Source: a bacterium (GTDB lineage Bacteria; UBA10199; 2-02-FULL-50-16; JAJFLM01). Taken from it: a DNA stretch of 64,000 bases. The notes beneath the pieces are model-generated. The model was not told the origin of the DNA. It saw only the letters and a program-made list of their open reading frames with translations, and made no database searches. The position numbers and the translations under genes were made by a program. How positions within the stretch are numbered: the stretch's first letter is position 1; every line of letters begins with the position of its first letter. The stretch spans positions 1,312,001 to 1,376,000 of the forward strand of contig CBDCFN010000016.1 of NCBI GenBank assembly GCA_965216315.1, read 5' to 3'. Shown here one piece after another: positions 47,300 to 57,379 of the stretch.

Positions 47300-49222
47300 A
47301 TGAAGCAATCACAAAAAACACTCGCCCTCTGGGCGCTGATCATACTTCTGTCCGTCTCAATCCTGCATTTTCTTAATAACCGCCCCAGCCCGGAAAAAGA
47401 AATCAGTTTCAGCGATTTCATGAGCGCCGTCAGAGAGCAACAGATTGAATCGGTAACCATTAAAGAATCCGAATATTTCGGTCGCTTTAAAGAGGCCTCG
47501 GGAAGTGAGTATTTCAAGACGATCGGCCCGATTAATAGTGAAAAAGCCTTGGAGCTACTGGCGAGTACCGATGCCATTGTCCGTTACGAAAAACCCGAAG
47601 AAACCGCGTTGTGGCAACAAATCCTTATCTCTTGGCTACCGATGCTCCTGTTGTTTGGTTTCTTTTTCTTCAGCATGCGTCAGATCCAAGTCGGCGGGGG
47701 CCGAGCCATGAGCTTTGGCCGCAGCCGCGCCAAGCTCCTCTCAGCGGATCAGAAAAAGGTCACCTTTAGAGATGTCGCGGGAGTTGACGAAGCTAAATAC
47801 GAACTTGAAGAGATCATTGCGTTCCTTAAAGAGCCCAAAAAATTTACCAAGCTCGGCGGCAAACTCCCTAAAGGTGTTCTCCTCATCGGACCTCCGGGAA
47901 CGGGTAAGACTTTATTAGCCAAGGCGGTTGCCGGTGAGGCGGACGTCCCGTTTTTTAGCATCAGTGGCTCCGATTTTGTGGAAATGTTCGTCGGTGTCGG
48001 CGCTTCGCGCGTCCGCGACCTCTTTGAACAAGGTAAAAAGAACGCCCCCTGCATTATCTTTATCGATGAAATTGATGCCGTCGGCCGCCACCGTGGTGCC
48101 GGATTAGGCGGGGGTCACGACGAAAGAGAACAGACCCTCAATCAATTATTGGTTGAAATGGATGGCTTTGAATCCAACGAGGGCGTTATCATCATGGCCG
48201 CAACCAACCGTCCGGACGTTCTCGATCCGGCCCTGCTGCGTCCGGGTCGTTTTGACCGCCGTGTCACAGTCAACCGGCCGGCACTCAAAGGTCGGGAAGA
48301 GATCCTCAGGGTCCATACGCGTAATGTCATTTTGGCCGACAATGTCGATCTTTCGGTTATCGCCCGCGGAACACCTGGCTTCTCCGGTGCTGATTTAGCC
48401 AATCTCGTCAACGAGTCCGCCTTGCAGGCTGCTCGCGCCGACAAGAAAGAAATCGAGTCAGATGACTTCGAATTAGCTAAAGATAAAGTGCTGATGGGCT
48501 CTGAACGGAAGGGAATGATCCTCCACGATGAAGAAAAACGGACGATTGCGTTCCACGAAGCCGGCCATACCTTAGTCGCTAAATTATTGCCCGGCACGGA
48601 TCCCGTGCACAAAGTGTCGGTTATTCCGAGGGGCATGGCGCTTGGCGTCACGCAGCAATTACCTATCGACGAGCGCCATATTCATTCTAAAGATTACGCA
48701 GAAAATAATATTGCCGTCCTGATGGGAGGGCGTTGTGCTGAAGAATTGATCTTTCAGCAAAAAACAACGGGCGCGGGTGATGATATCGATAAGGCGACAA
48801 AAATGGCTCACAAAATGGTTTGCGAGTGGGGCATGAGTGATCTCGGACCGCTACGCTTTGGGGGTAATGACGAAGAAATATTCCTAGGCCGCGATTTTGC
48901 GCAAAAGAGCGAATACAGTGAGGCAACGGCGATTGCAATCGATACGGCCATAAAAGAATTGGTCACGTCTAACTACGAACGAGCCAAGAAATTACTCTCA
49001 GACAATAAGGAGACCTTGGTGCGCATTGCCGAGGCCCTCCTCGAACATGAAACCTTAGACGGTTCACAGATAGACCAACTCGTAAAGGGTGAAGATATAG
49101 ATCCACCGAGTTCTTCTTTTAAGAAGGGTCCTAAATCGGCACCGGCATCTGAAAGCAAACCGAGTCGTGAAAAACGTCAGAAGTTAACCGGCACGCCGTT
49201 CCCGGAGCCGGGTAAAGCCTGA
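47300..49222 (+). CDS. ftsH: ATP-dependent zinc metalloprotease FtsH
   Basis: Two TM helices, [27 protein letters not shown]; start at ATG 47300. Confidence 0.97.
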   Translation: MKQSQKTLALWALIILLSVSILHFLNNRPSPEKEISFSDFMSAVREQQIESVTIKESEYFGRFKEASGSEYFKTIGPINSEKALELLASTDAIVRYEKPEETALWQQILISWLPMLLLFGFFFFSMRQIQVGGGRAMSFGRSRAKLLSADQKKVTFRDVAGVDEAKYELEEIIAFLKEPKKFTKLGGKLPKGVLLIGPPGTGKTLLAKAVAGEADVPFFSISGSDFVEMFVGVGASRVRDLFEQGKKNAPCIIFIDEIDAVGRHRGAGLGGGHDEREQTLNQLLVEMDGFESNEGVIIMAATNRPDVLDPALLRPGRFDRRVTVNRPALKGREEILRVHTRNVILADNVDLSVIARGTPGFSGADLANLVNESALQAARADKKEIESDDFELAKDKVLMGSERKGMILHDEEKRTIAFHEAGHTLVAKLLPGTDPVHKVSVIPRGMALGVTQQLPIDERHIHSKDYAENNIAVLMGGRCAEELIFQQKTTGAGDDIDKATKMAHKMVCEWGMSDLGPLRFGGNDEEIFLGRDFAQKSEYSEATAIAIDTAIKELVTSNYERAKKLLSDNKETLVRIAEALLEHETLDGSQIDQLVKGEDIDPPSSSFKKGPKSAPASESKPSREKRQKLTGTPFPEPGKA

Positions 49223-49244
49223 TTCATAACACGGTTTCGATCCA

Positions 49245-50042
49245 ATGACGCATCCATTGATCATGGGCATCCTCAATGTGACGCCGGACTCTTTCTCCGA
49301 CGGCGGTCTCTACGTCGATATAAAGTCGGCTCAACAGCGCGCGCTCCAAATGGTCGACGAGGGTGCGGATATCATCGATGTCGGGGGAGAAAGCTCACGT
49401 CCCGGGGCAGCGGCTATTTCCGAAGCGGAAGAAAAGCAACGGGTCCTGCCTATCATTAAGCTTATTCGCGATCAGAGTACTATTCCCATCTCCGTTGATA
49501 CCCAAAAAGCGGCGGTCGCCTATGAGGCCATGAAGGAGGGCGCCAACTGGATCAATGATATCTCCGCGGCGAGCGCGGATCCCGAAATGCCGGCCGTCAT
49601 GGCTGAGACGCAGGCCAAGGTCATCCTCATGCATATGCGGGGAAATCCACGTACCATGCAGCAACAGACCCATTATACGGATATTGTGAGCGAGGTCCGT
49701 GACCGCCTCAATGAGCGGGCAGAGGCCTTGGAGGCGCGTGGCATCGGCACCATCATGCTCGATCCGGGGCTCGGATTTGCCAAGACAGCGACCCAGAATT
49801 GGGCCCTTTTAAGGAACCTAAGGGCATTTACGAGCGGCTCCCGGCCCATTATGATAGGGGCATCCAGAAAGTCATTTATTCAAGGGATATTAGCAGACAA
49901 GGCCTCGAATGTACTTGAAGGATCTCTCGCGATTGCCGCCTACAGCCTGCTTAACGGCATTTCCGCCCTGAGGGTCCACGATGTCCGGGAGACGGTCCGC
50001 GTCAGAACGACCCTGGAAGCGATCCAAGCGGCTCAGCTTTAA
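49245..50042 (+). CDS. folP: Dihydropteroate synthase
   Basis: MGILNVTPDSFSDGG, GGESSRPG, DPGLGFAK, SRK, RVHDV. Confidence 0.96.
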   Translation: MTHPLIMGILNVTPDSFSDGGLYVDIKSAQQRALQMVDEGADIIDVGGESSRPGAAAISEAEEKQRVLPIIKLIRDQSTIPISVDTQKAAVAYEAMKEGANWINDISAASADPEMPAVMAETQAKVILMHMRGNPRTMQQQTHYTDIVSEVRDRLNERAEALEARGIGTIMLDPGLGFAKTATQNWALLRNLRAFTSGSRPIMIGASRKSFIQGILADKASNVLEGSLAIAAYSLLNGISALRVHDVRETVRVRTTLEAIQAAQL

Positions 50043-50085
50043 CCTTGAAAATAAACGAAAAGTCCCGTAGATCCCGTGGCTCCGT

Positions 50086-51435
50086 ATGAAACGATTATTT
50101 GGCACAGATGGAGTCCGGGGGACGGCCAACATCTACCCGATGACGGCCGAGGTCGCCCTTTCGTTGGGACGTGCCATTGCCCACCTCTATCGTAACCAGC
50201 AGGGACGGCACCGCATCCTGGTGGGAAAAGATACGCGCCTTTCCGGCTATATGATCGAGTACGCCTTGACGGCGGGCGTGTGCTCAATGGGCACAGACGT
50301 GCTGCTCGTGGGGCCCATGCCGACACCGGCCATTGCTTTTATCACGAAGTCGATGCGCTGTGACGCCGGTGTCGTAATCTCGGCCTCACACAATCCCTTT
50401 CAAGACAATGGCATCAAATTTTTCGATTCACATGGTTACAAACTCCATGACGAAATAGAGTTGGAACTTGAAAACCTCGTATTTAGAAATGGGATTGATA
50501 CGCTCCGTCCCACTGCAGAAAAAGTCGGCAAAGCCACGCGTATCGATGATGCCAGCGGACGCTACATAGAATTCTTAAAACAAACCTTCCCCGATGAATT
50601 AAGCTTAGCCGGCATTAAGATTGTACTCGATTGCGCCAATGGCGCGGATTACGCCATTGCCCCCATCGTATTTGAAGAACTCGGCGCTCAAGTCATCCCT
50701 TTCAACGTCGAACCCGATGGGATGAATATCAATAAAGACAGCGGTTGTCTCAATCCGGAATTATTAGCCGACAAGGTTCGAGAACATGATGCCGACATCG
50801 GCATTGCCCTGGATGGAGACGGTGATCGTGCTATCTTTGCGGATGAAAAGGGTCAAGTTGTTCCAGGGGATGCCGCACTCGCTGTCCTAGCCGTCAAGCT
50901 GCACCAAGAAGAAAGCCTTAAGCAAAATGTTATCGTAGCCACGGAACAAAGCAGCATTGGCCTTGAACACTGCCTTGCCAAGCGAGACATCAAAGTTGTT
51001 CGCTGCCAAGTCGGTGATCGCTATGTCGTTGAAGCCATGAAAAAGCATCAGACAAATTTTGGCGGAGAGCAATCGGGGCATATTATCTGCGCCGACCATA
51101 GTACTACGGGTGACGGTATGGTCGCGGCCCTGCAAGTTCTTTCGACAATGTGCAAGCAACACCGCCCTCTGTCTGATTTGGTACGCGTCTTTGAGGTTTA
51201 TCCCCAAGCTTTCCGCAATATCCAAGTCAAAACAAAGAGCAACTTTGATGAGGTACGTGAAGTATCCGATACCATAGTCAAAGTAGAGCGCGAGCTAGGG
51301 GATAACGGGCGCATTCTCGTTCGCTACTCGGGAACGGAACCGTTGGCTCGCGTGATGGTAGAGGGGCCTGATCAAAATAAGATTGAAGGCTACGCCGAAG
51401 ATATCGCTACTGCAATCGCCCGTAATCTGGGATAA
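50086..51435 (+). CDS. glmM: Phosphoglucosamine mutase
   Basis: FGTDGVRG, ISASHNP, DGDGDR, GGEQSGH, RYSGTEP. Confidence 0.95.
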   Translation: MKRLFGTDGVRGTANIYPMTAEVALSLGRAIAHLYRNQQGRHRILVGKDTRLSGYMIEYALTAGVCSMGTDVLLVGPMPTPAIAFITKSMRCDAGVVISASHNPFQDNGIKFFDSHGYKLHDEIELELENLVFRNGIDTLRPTAEKVGKATRIDDASGRYIEFLKQTFPDELSLAGIKIVLDCANGADYAIAPIVFEELGAQVIPFNVEPDGMNINKDSGCLNPELLADKVREHDADIGIALDGDGDRAIFADEKGQVVPGDAALAVLAVKLHQEESLKQNVIVATEQSSIGLEHCLAKRDIKVVRCQVGDRYVVEAMKKHQTNFGGEQSGHIICADHSTTGDGMVAALQVLSTMCKQHRPLSDLVRVFEVYPQAFRNIQVKTKSNFDEVREVSDTIVKVERELGDNGRILVRYSGTEPLARVMVEGPDQNKIEGYAEDIATAIARNLG

Positions 51436-51450
51436 ACTAAACCCAGCCCA

Positions 51451-52173
51451 ATGCCTATGACTGCAAAGCTCGGTATCAACATTGACCATGTCGCAACCAT
51501 TCGCCAAGCGCGTGGCACACCTTATCCTGACATTCTTGAAGCGGCAAAGACATCGATTCGCGGCGGCGCGGATCAGATTACCATCCATCTCCGTGAAGAT
51601 CGTAGACACATCCAGGATGATGATGTGGAACAAATCCGCCGTACCATCTCGGTTCCCCTCAATCTTGAAATGGCCGCGACCGACGAAATGGTAGCCAAAG
51701 CTCTCGCATACAAGCCTCACCGCGTAACGCTCGTTCCGGAAAAGCGCCGTGAGTTGACAACGGAAGGGGGCTTGGACGTCGTTAAAAAAAATCGTCGCAT
51801 CAAGAAGGTCGTCTCAACCCTTGAAAATGCCGATATTCAGACCAGCCTTTTTATCGATCCCGAAGAGGATCAGATCAATGCAACACTTGAGACCGGTTGT
51901 CAGGCCATCGAACTTCACACCGGGTGTTATGCTGATGCGCCCACCGAACCGGAACAGGCTGCTGAAATCGAACGCATTATTATTGCGGCACGCTACGCAA
52001 CCAGCCAAAATATGTTTGTTGCCGCGGGCCATGGACTCCACATCCACAACATTACCGCCATGGCGGCCATCAGGGAAATCAAAGAGTTCAACATCGGACA
52101 CAGTATAATAGCGAGAGCCATTTTCATTGGACTTGAAGCAGCCGTTAAGGAAATGAAACAATTATTAACCTAA
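51451..52173 (+). CDS. pdxJ: Pyridoxine 5'-phosphate synthase
   Basis: LGINIDHVAT.RQAR, HLREDRRHI, ELTTEGGLD, AGHGL, NIGHSI. Confidence 0.96.
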   Translation: MPMTAKLGINIDHVATIRQARGTPYPDILEAAKTSIRGGADQITIHLREDRRHIQDDDVEQIRRTISVPLNLEMAATDEMVAKALAYKPHRVTLVPEKRRELTTEGGLDVVKKNRRIKKVVSTLENADIQTSLFIDPEEDQINATLETGCQAIELHTGCYADAPTEPEQAAEIERIIIAARYATSQNMFVAAGHGLHIHNITAMAAIREIKEFNIGHSIIARAIFIGLEAAVKEMKQLLT

Positions 52174-52189
52174 ATGCGAGCCTCTATTA

Positions 52190-53773
52190 ATGATACCTGT
52201 TCTTACTGGCAAGCAAGTTCGCAAAATTGATCAACACGCGATTGAGCAACATAAAGTTCCTTCACTTGATCTGATGGAAGCCGCTGGACGCGGGGCTTAT
52301 GAGTTTTTGGAAAGTGTTCAACCCGATCTTAAAAAAAATCGGGTCTTAGTCTTGTGTGGCAAAGGAAATAATGGAGGTGACGGCTTTGTTATTGCCCGCG
52401 CCTTGATCAAAGACTGGGTTAAGTGCACTGTCGCAACGACGACAGCACTCAGTGAACTCTCTCCCGATGCCCTCAATATGGCGAAAAAATTCAAGCAGAC
52501 GGGGGGCAAAATCATCCATCAGCCTAAGCTAAGCAAACTCGATCAGCTCATCGAGGAGGCGGATCTGATTGTTGATGCGCTCCTGGGAACCGGCATTCAA
52601 AAAAATGTACGCAGCCCTTATTCCGATTGGATTGAACGGGTCAATGCCTCCCGCAAGGCCGTGCTTGCTTTAGATATTCCGTCCGGCTTGCACGTCGATA
52701 CCGGGCGCGTCCTTGGAAAGGCCATTGAAGCCGACTGGACAGCGACCTTTGCCTTCATGAAACTTGGACTCACACAAGCACCGGGGTGCGAACATGCAGG
52801 CGAAATAGCCGTCATCGATATTGGGATTCCCACCGCGTTGAAAAAGAAAGTTCGTACGCCGTATCGTCTCGTCGAAGCGAACAGCATCCGCTCCGCCTTT
52901 CAGATACGTTCTTCCGACACACACAAAGGCAATTACGGCCACGTCCTTATCATTGCCGGTTCACCGACAAAACTAGGCGCCGCTTTGATGACGGCGAAAA
53001 GTTGTCTGCGCAGCGGTGCCGGCCTGGCAACCTTGGCCCTGCCCGAGAAGGCCTTTACCCGAATTCCCCAACAATTTTTGGAGCTCATGTATGAACCGGT
53101 CAATTCAACCAGCCGGGGAGAACTTGCAGCGACGGCCTTCAGGCAGATCAAATCTATCTGGAATGATAAAAAGGTAATTGCCCTCGGACCCGGCATCGGA
53201 GTGAACCCAAGTACAAAGCGTTTAGTCAGAAGCATAGTAGAAAACACGCCCGTCCCGCTTGTAATCGATGCCGACGGCATTAATTGTCTACAGGGACATT
53301 TAGCGAGCCTTAGCAAGGCCCCACGCCCGGTCGTGCTCACACCACATCCCGGAGAAATGGCGCGCTTGTTGGGTATCACGACGCGCGCATTACAAAAAGA
53401 TCGCATCAAGTATGCCCGGCGTTTCGCACAAGAGCATCAGGTTACTATCGTTCTTAAGGGATATAGAACCCTCAGTGTTTTTCCCGACGGCAAAGTCTAC
53501 ATCAATCCAACCGGCAACCCCGCAATGGCCACAGCCGGCATGGGAGATGTCTTAACCGGAATCATCAGTGCTTTTCTATCTCAGGGACTCCGTTGGGTGG
53601 AGGCGATTACGGCAGCTGTTTATCTCCACGGTCTTGCCGGAGACCGTCTGGCCGATCGAATGGGGGACAGGGGCTTACTCGCCGGAGACGTTATCGACTC
53701 GCTGCCTTTTGTTATGAAGGATTTTGTTCCCTCGAAACGAAAACTGCATTCATTCGAACTATCAACCCACTGA
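52190..53773 (+). CDS. nnr: Bifunctional NAD(P)H-hydrate epimerase/dehydratase
   Basis: GKGNNGGDG, DALLGTG, DIPSG, HKGNYG, TPHPGE, AGMGDVLTG. Confidence 0.94.
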   Translation: MIPVLTGKQVRKIDQHAIEQHKVPSLDLMEAAGRGAYEFLESVQPDLKKNRVLVLCGKGNNGGDGFVIARALIKDWVKCTVATTTALSELSPDALNMAKKFKQTGGKIIHQPKLSKLDQLIEEADLIVDALLGTGIQKNVRSPYSDWIERVNASRKAVLALDIPSGLHVDTGRVLGKAIEADWTATFAFMKLGLTQAPGCEHAGEIAVIDIGIPTALKKKVRTPYRLVEANSIRSAFQIRSSDTHKGNYGHVLIIAGSPTKLGAALMTAKSCLRSGAGLATLALPEKAFTRIPQQFLELMYEPVNSTSRGELAATAFRQIKSIWNDKKVIALGPGIGVNPSTKRLVRSIVENTPVPLVIDADGINCLQGHLASLSKAPRPVVLTPHPGEMARLLGITTRALQKDRIKYARRFAQEHQVTIVLKGYRTLSVFPDGKVYINPTGNPAMATAGMGDVLTGIISAFLSQGLRWVEAITAAVYLHGLAGDRLADRMGDRGLLAGDVIDSLPFVMKDFVPSKRKLHSFELSTH

Positions 53774-54177
53774 TGGAAACACTCACTCAGACTCCGGAAC
53801 AAACCCGCGACTTAGCCGCCAATTTTGCCCGCCAACTGCCCCCGCACGCTATCGTAGGGCTCAGCGGCACACTGGGTGCCGGCAAGACCGTTTTTGTCCA
53901 AGGAATGGCCGTTGGCCTCGGGATTGATCCGGAGGGCTACGTAACCTCACCAACGTTTGCGTTGATCCATGAATACGGCAAACTGATCCATTTTGATCTC
54001 TATCGCCTCAATTCCTTCGCGGAATTACTCGATATCGGCCTGGAGGACTATGCCGCCCAGGAGGGGATACTCGTCTTGGAGTGGGCCAATCGCTTTCCGG
54101 AGCTCGTTAAACAACTGACTCATCGGATTGAAATTGAGATTGTAAAGGAAGAAACCCGTCGCATCACCATTTCTTGA
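53773..54177 (+). CDS. tsaE: tRNA t6A biosynthesis ATPase
   Basis: [21 protein letters not shown]; start overlaps the nnr stop (TGATG). Confidence 0.94.
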   Translation: METLTQTPEQTRDLAANFARQLPPHAIVGLSGTLGAGKTVFVQGMAVGLGIDPEGYVTSPTFALIHEYGKLIHFDLYRLNSFAELLDIGLEDYAAQEGILVLEWANRFPELVKQLTHRIEIEIVKEETRRITIS

Positions 54178-54212
54178 CATATGGCCTGCATGTCCTCGAT
54201 ATTAGGCGACTT

Positions 54213-55460
54213 ATGGCCTTAATCGTCCAAAAATTCGGCGGGACCTCCGTGGCGGATCCGGAGCGCATCAAAAAAGTGGCAGCGCGGGTGCGGCGCTCAC
54301 ATGAGGCCGATAATCAGGTGGTCGTCGTTGTCTCCGCGATGGCCGGAGAGACTAACCACTTGGAGCGACTCGCTCATCAAGTTCACCCGGAACCAAACGG
54401 CATTCGTGAGTACGACATGCTGCTCTCCACCGGTGAACAAGTGACGATCGCACTCCTCGCGTTGGCACTCCAGGCAGAGGGGATGAAGGCCTGCTCCTTT
54501 CTCGGCCACCAAGTGCACATCAAGACCGACAGTTCCTTTTCGAAGGCGCGGATTAAATCGATTGATGATACGGTCATCCGTAAGGCCTTAGGCGAAGGGC
54601 ACATCGTCGTCGTCGCTGGATTTCAGGGGATTGACGAAGATGGTAATATAACCACACTAGGTCGAGGGGGCTCGGACACCTCGGCAGTGGCCCTAGCCGC
54701 GGCACTGCGTGCCAATGCCTGTGAGATTTATACAGATGTGGATGGGGTCTACACGGCCGATCCGCGTGTTTGCGAGGATGCGTGCCGGCTCGAAAAGATC
54801 TCGTATGAAGAAATGCTGGAATTTGCTTCGGCAGGGGCTAAGGTCCTGCAGAATCGCTCGGTTGAACTGGCAGCGAAACATCATGTTCCGCTCCTGGTGA
54901 AGTCATCGTTTACAGAAGGAAAGGGAACTATCGTGACCCATGAAGATTCAGACATGGAGCAACTCCTGGTTTCGGGTGTGGCCCATAATAAAAATGAAGC
55001 GAAAATTGCCGTCCGTCACTTGGCGGATGAACCGGGTATTGCGGCCCGCTTATTCATGCCGATTGCGGAAGCCAATGTGAACGTCGACATGATCGTTCAG
55101 AACGTCAGCGCCGATGGATTTACCGATCTGACTTTCACGGTTCCGCAAAATGAACTGAGCCGGGCGGTTCGCGTCGCCGAAGAATTTACCAAGGACATGA
55201 AAGGTTCCAGCATTGAAACCGATGAGGATATCGCCAAGGTGTCCGTGATCGGTGTCGGCATGCGCTCGCACGCAGGCGTCGCCGCAACGATGTTCAATCG
55301 CTTGGCCAATGCAGGGATTAATATCGAAATGATTTCGACCTCGGAAATAAAGATCAGCGTGGTTATCCGTGCAAGCCAAATGGAAAAGGCCGTTAATGAA
55401 TTGCATCAAGCATTTGATTTAGGCGAACTGAAGACAATCGCATCGAACAATAATACGTAG
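54213..55460 (+). CDS. lysC: Aspartate kinase
   Basis: [30 protein letters not shown], two ACT domains. Confidence 0.95.
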   Translation: MALIVQKFGGTSVADPERIKKVAARVRRSHEADNQVVVVVSAMAGETNHLERLAHQVHPEPNGIREYDMLLSTGEQVTIALLALALQAEGMKACSFLGHQVHIKTDSSFSKARIKSIDDTVIRKALGEGHIVVVAGFQGIDEDGNITTLGRGGSDTSAVALAAALRANACEIYTDVDGVYTADPRVCEDACRLEKISYEEMLEFASAGAKVLQNRSVELAAKHHVPLLVKSSFTEGKGTIVTHEDSDMEQLLVSGVAHNKNEAKIAVRHLADEPGIAARLFMPIAEANVNVDMIVQNVSADGFTDLTFTVPQNELSRAVRVAEEFTKDMKGSSIETDEDIAKVSVIGVGMRSHAGVAATMFNRLANAGINIEMISTSEIKISVVIRASQMEKAVNELHQAFDLGELKTIASNNNT

Positions 55461-55466
55461 GACCCT

Positions 55467-57056
55467 ATGAAGAATAAAGTCTATCTCTATGACACGACCC
55501 TCCGTGATGGGACCCAGGGTGAGGATATTGCCTTTACCGTGGAAGACAAACTTCGTTTGTCTCAACGCCTTGACGAAGTCGGAATGGCCTATATCGAAGG
55601 AGGTTGGCCCGGCTCGAATCCGCGTGATCTGACGTTCTTTGAGGAAGCTAAGCGGCTGAAACTCAAAAACGCCAAGCTGGCGGCCTTTGGCTCTACCTGT
55701 CATCCCAAGAAGAAACCATCCGCTTATTTCAAGCCTCTCGTGCAGGCGGAGACACCCGTCGTGACGCTCTTTGGAAAGTCGTGGCGCCTCCATGTCGAGA
55801 AGGCACTCGGGGTTTCCTTGCAGGAAAACCTCGACCTCATTGCCAATTCGATGCGTTATCTACAGAAGAAGGCCGACGAACTCATCTTTGATGCCGAACA
55901 CTTCTTTGACGGTTATAAAGACGATCCGGAATACGCGCTGAAAAGCCTCGAAGCCGCCGTGCAAGGCGGCGCCGACTGGGTCGTTTTATGCGATACCAAT
56001 GGCGGAACAATGCCACATGAATTAGCCCCGATCCTAACCGCGGTGCAAGCGCGTATTAAGGTCCCGCTTGGTATTCACGTCCATAACGATGCGGAGTTGG
56101 GGGTCGCCAATTCAATCGAGGCCGTGCGCCTCGGCGCGCGCCAGGTACACGGAACCATTAACGGAATCGGGGAGCGCTGCGGTAATGCGAATCTCGTCTC
56201 GATCCTGCCGAATTTGCAATTGAAGATGGGATATAAATGCGTCACCGCGGCTCAACTCAAGAAATTGCGCTCGATGAGCCGTCTCGTCGATGAACTCGCC
56301 AATCAGATGCCACGCAACAACCAGGCCTACGTCGGCAACTCCGCGTTCGCTCACAAGGGCGGCGTGCATGTCAGTGCGGTCCGCAAGGACAGCCAGACTT
56401 ATGAGCACTTAGAGCCGGAGCTCGTCGGGAATCGGCGCCGCATCCTCGTCAGCGATCTCTCCGGTCAATCCAATATCCTTTACAAAGCGGAGGAGTTCGG
56501 TATTGAACTCAAGGCCAAGGATGCGGTGACACGCCAGATCGTCAATGATCTCAAGAAACTGGAACATAAGGGCTATCAGTTTGAGGGGGCGGAGGCCTCT
56601 TTTGAATTACTGATGCATAAGGCCCTCAAAAAACATAAACCTTTCTTTAAGCTGGTCGGCTTCCGCGTCATCGATGAAAAACACCCGAGTGGCGATCAAC
56701 CTTATTCCGAGGCCACGATCCAGATTGAAGTCGATGGGCGCCAGGAGCACACGGCAGCGGAAGGGCACGGTCCGGTGAATTCACTCGACAAGGCCCTGCG
56801 CAAGGCCTTGAATCGCTTCTATCCGGAGCTTGAGGAGGTGCGACTCGTCGACTATAAGGTAAGAGTCTTGCCAGCGTCGCAGAAAAACGGCGAAAGCGGC
56901 ACGGCGAGTCTCGTGCGCGTCCTCGTGGAATCAGCGGACGCGCATGAACGCTGGGGAACCGTCGGCGTCTCCGAAAACATTATTCAGGCTTCTTGGATTG
57001 CCCTCGTCGATGCCTTGGAATATAAGTTGATGAAGGCCCGCAAAAAAAGGGCATAA
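55467..57056 (+). CDS. cimA: Citramalate synthase
   Basis: [41 protein letters not shown]. Confidence 0.9.
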   Translation: MKNKVYLYDTTLRDGTQGEDIAFTVEDKLRLSQRLDEVGMAYIEGGWPGSNPRDLTFFEEAKRLKLKNAKLAAFGSTCHPKKKPSAYFKPLVQAETPVVTLFGKSWRLHVEKALGVSLQENLDLIANSMRYLQKKADELIFDAEHFFDGYKDDPEYALKSLEAAVQGGADWVVLCDTNGGTMPHELAPILTAVQARIKVPLGIHVHNDAELGVANSIEAVRLGARQVHGTINGIGERCGNANLVSILPNLQLKMGYKCVTAAQLKKLRSMSRLVDELANQMPRNNQAYVGNSAFAHKGGVHVSAVRKDSQTYEHLEPELVGNRRRILVSDLSGQSNILYKAEEFGIELKAKDAVTRQIVNDLKKLEHKGYQFEGAEASFELLMHKALKKHKPFFKLVGFRVIDEKHPSGDQPYSEATIQIEVDGRQEHTAAEGHGPVNSLDKALRKALNRFYPELEEVRLVDYKVRVLPASQKNGESGTASLVRVLVESADAHERWGTVGVSENIIQASWIALVDALEYKLMKARKKRA

Positions 57057-57140
57057 ACAGCGCCAATCCGCACGGCTGGCTGATCGGCGCAAAATAGGGT
57101 AGAATCCAGGTAATAGATGGGAGAGATGACCGGCTACTTT

Positions 57141-57172
57141 TTATCATTTTGATAAATTTATCATTTTGATAA
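57141..57172. promoter_or_regulatory. Tandem palindromic operator/enhancer (2 x TTATCATTTTGATAA)
   Basis: Identical 15-mers at 57141-57155 and 57158-57172, 75-105 nt upstream of a sigma-54 promoter. Confidence 0.7.
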
Positions 57173-57246
57173 TAAAGTAGGAGTGAGTGAGGCCAGGAAA
57201 AGTGTGTGATTTCAGGTGCGTAGTAGATAAACCCTCTAATTGATTC

Positions 57247-57263
57247 TTGGCATAATCTTTGCA
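57247..57263 (+). promoter_or_regulatory. Sigma-54 -24/-12 promoter
   Basis: TTGGCATAATCTTTGCA. Confidence 0.75.
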
Positions 57264-57379
57264 GTTATTAAGTGATTGATGACTGTTCACCCAAGGTCGG
57301 TCTCTCGAGCAACTCGAGGCGAAGGCCGCTGCGATAACGAGGTGAAGGTGCTAATAAATTCCTTAGGGAGGATTTAAGT

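Noticed and set aside
54174..54203. Sigma-70 promoter for lysC (TTGACA)
   Set aside because: The -35 is perfect but there is no convincing -10 at 16-18 nt spacing.
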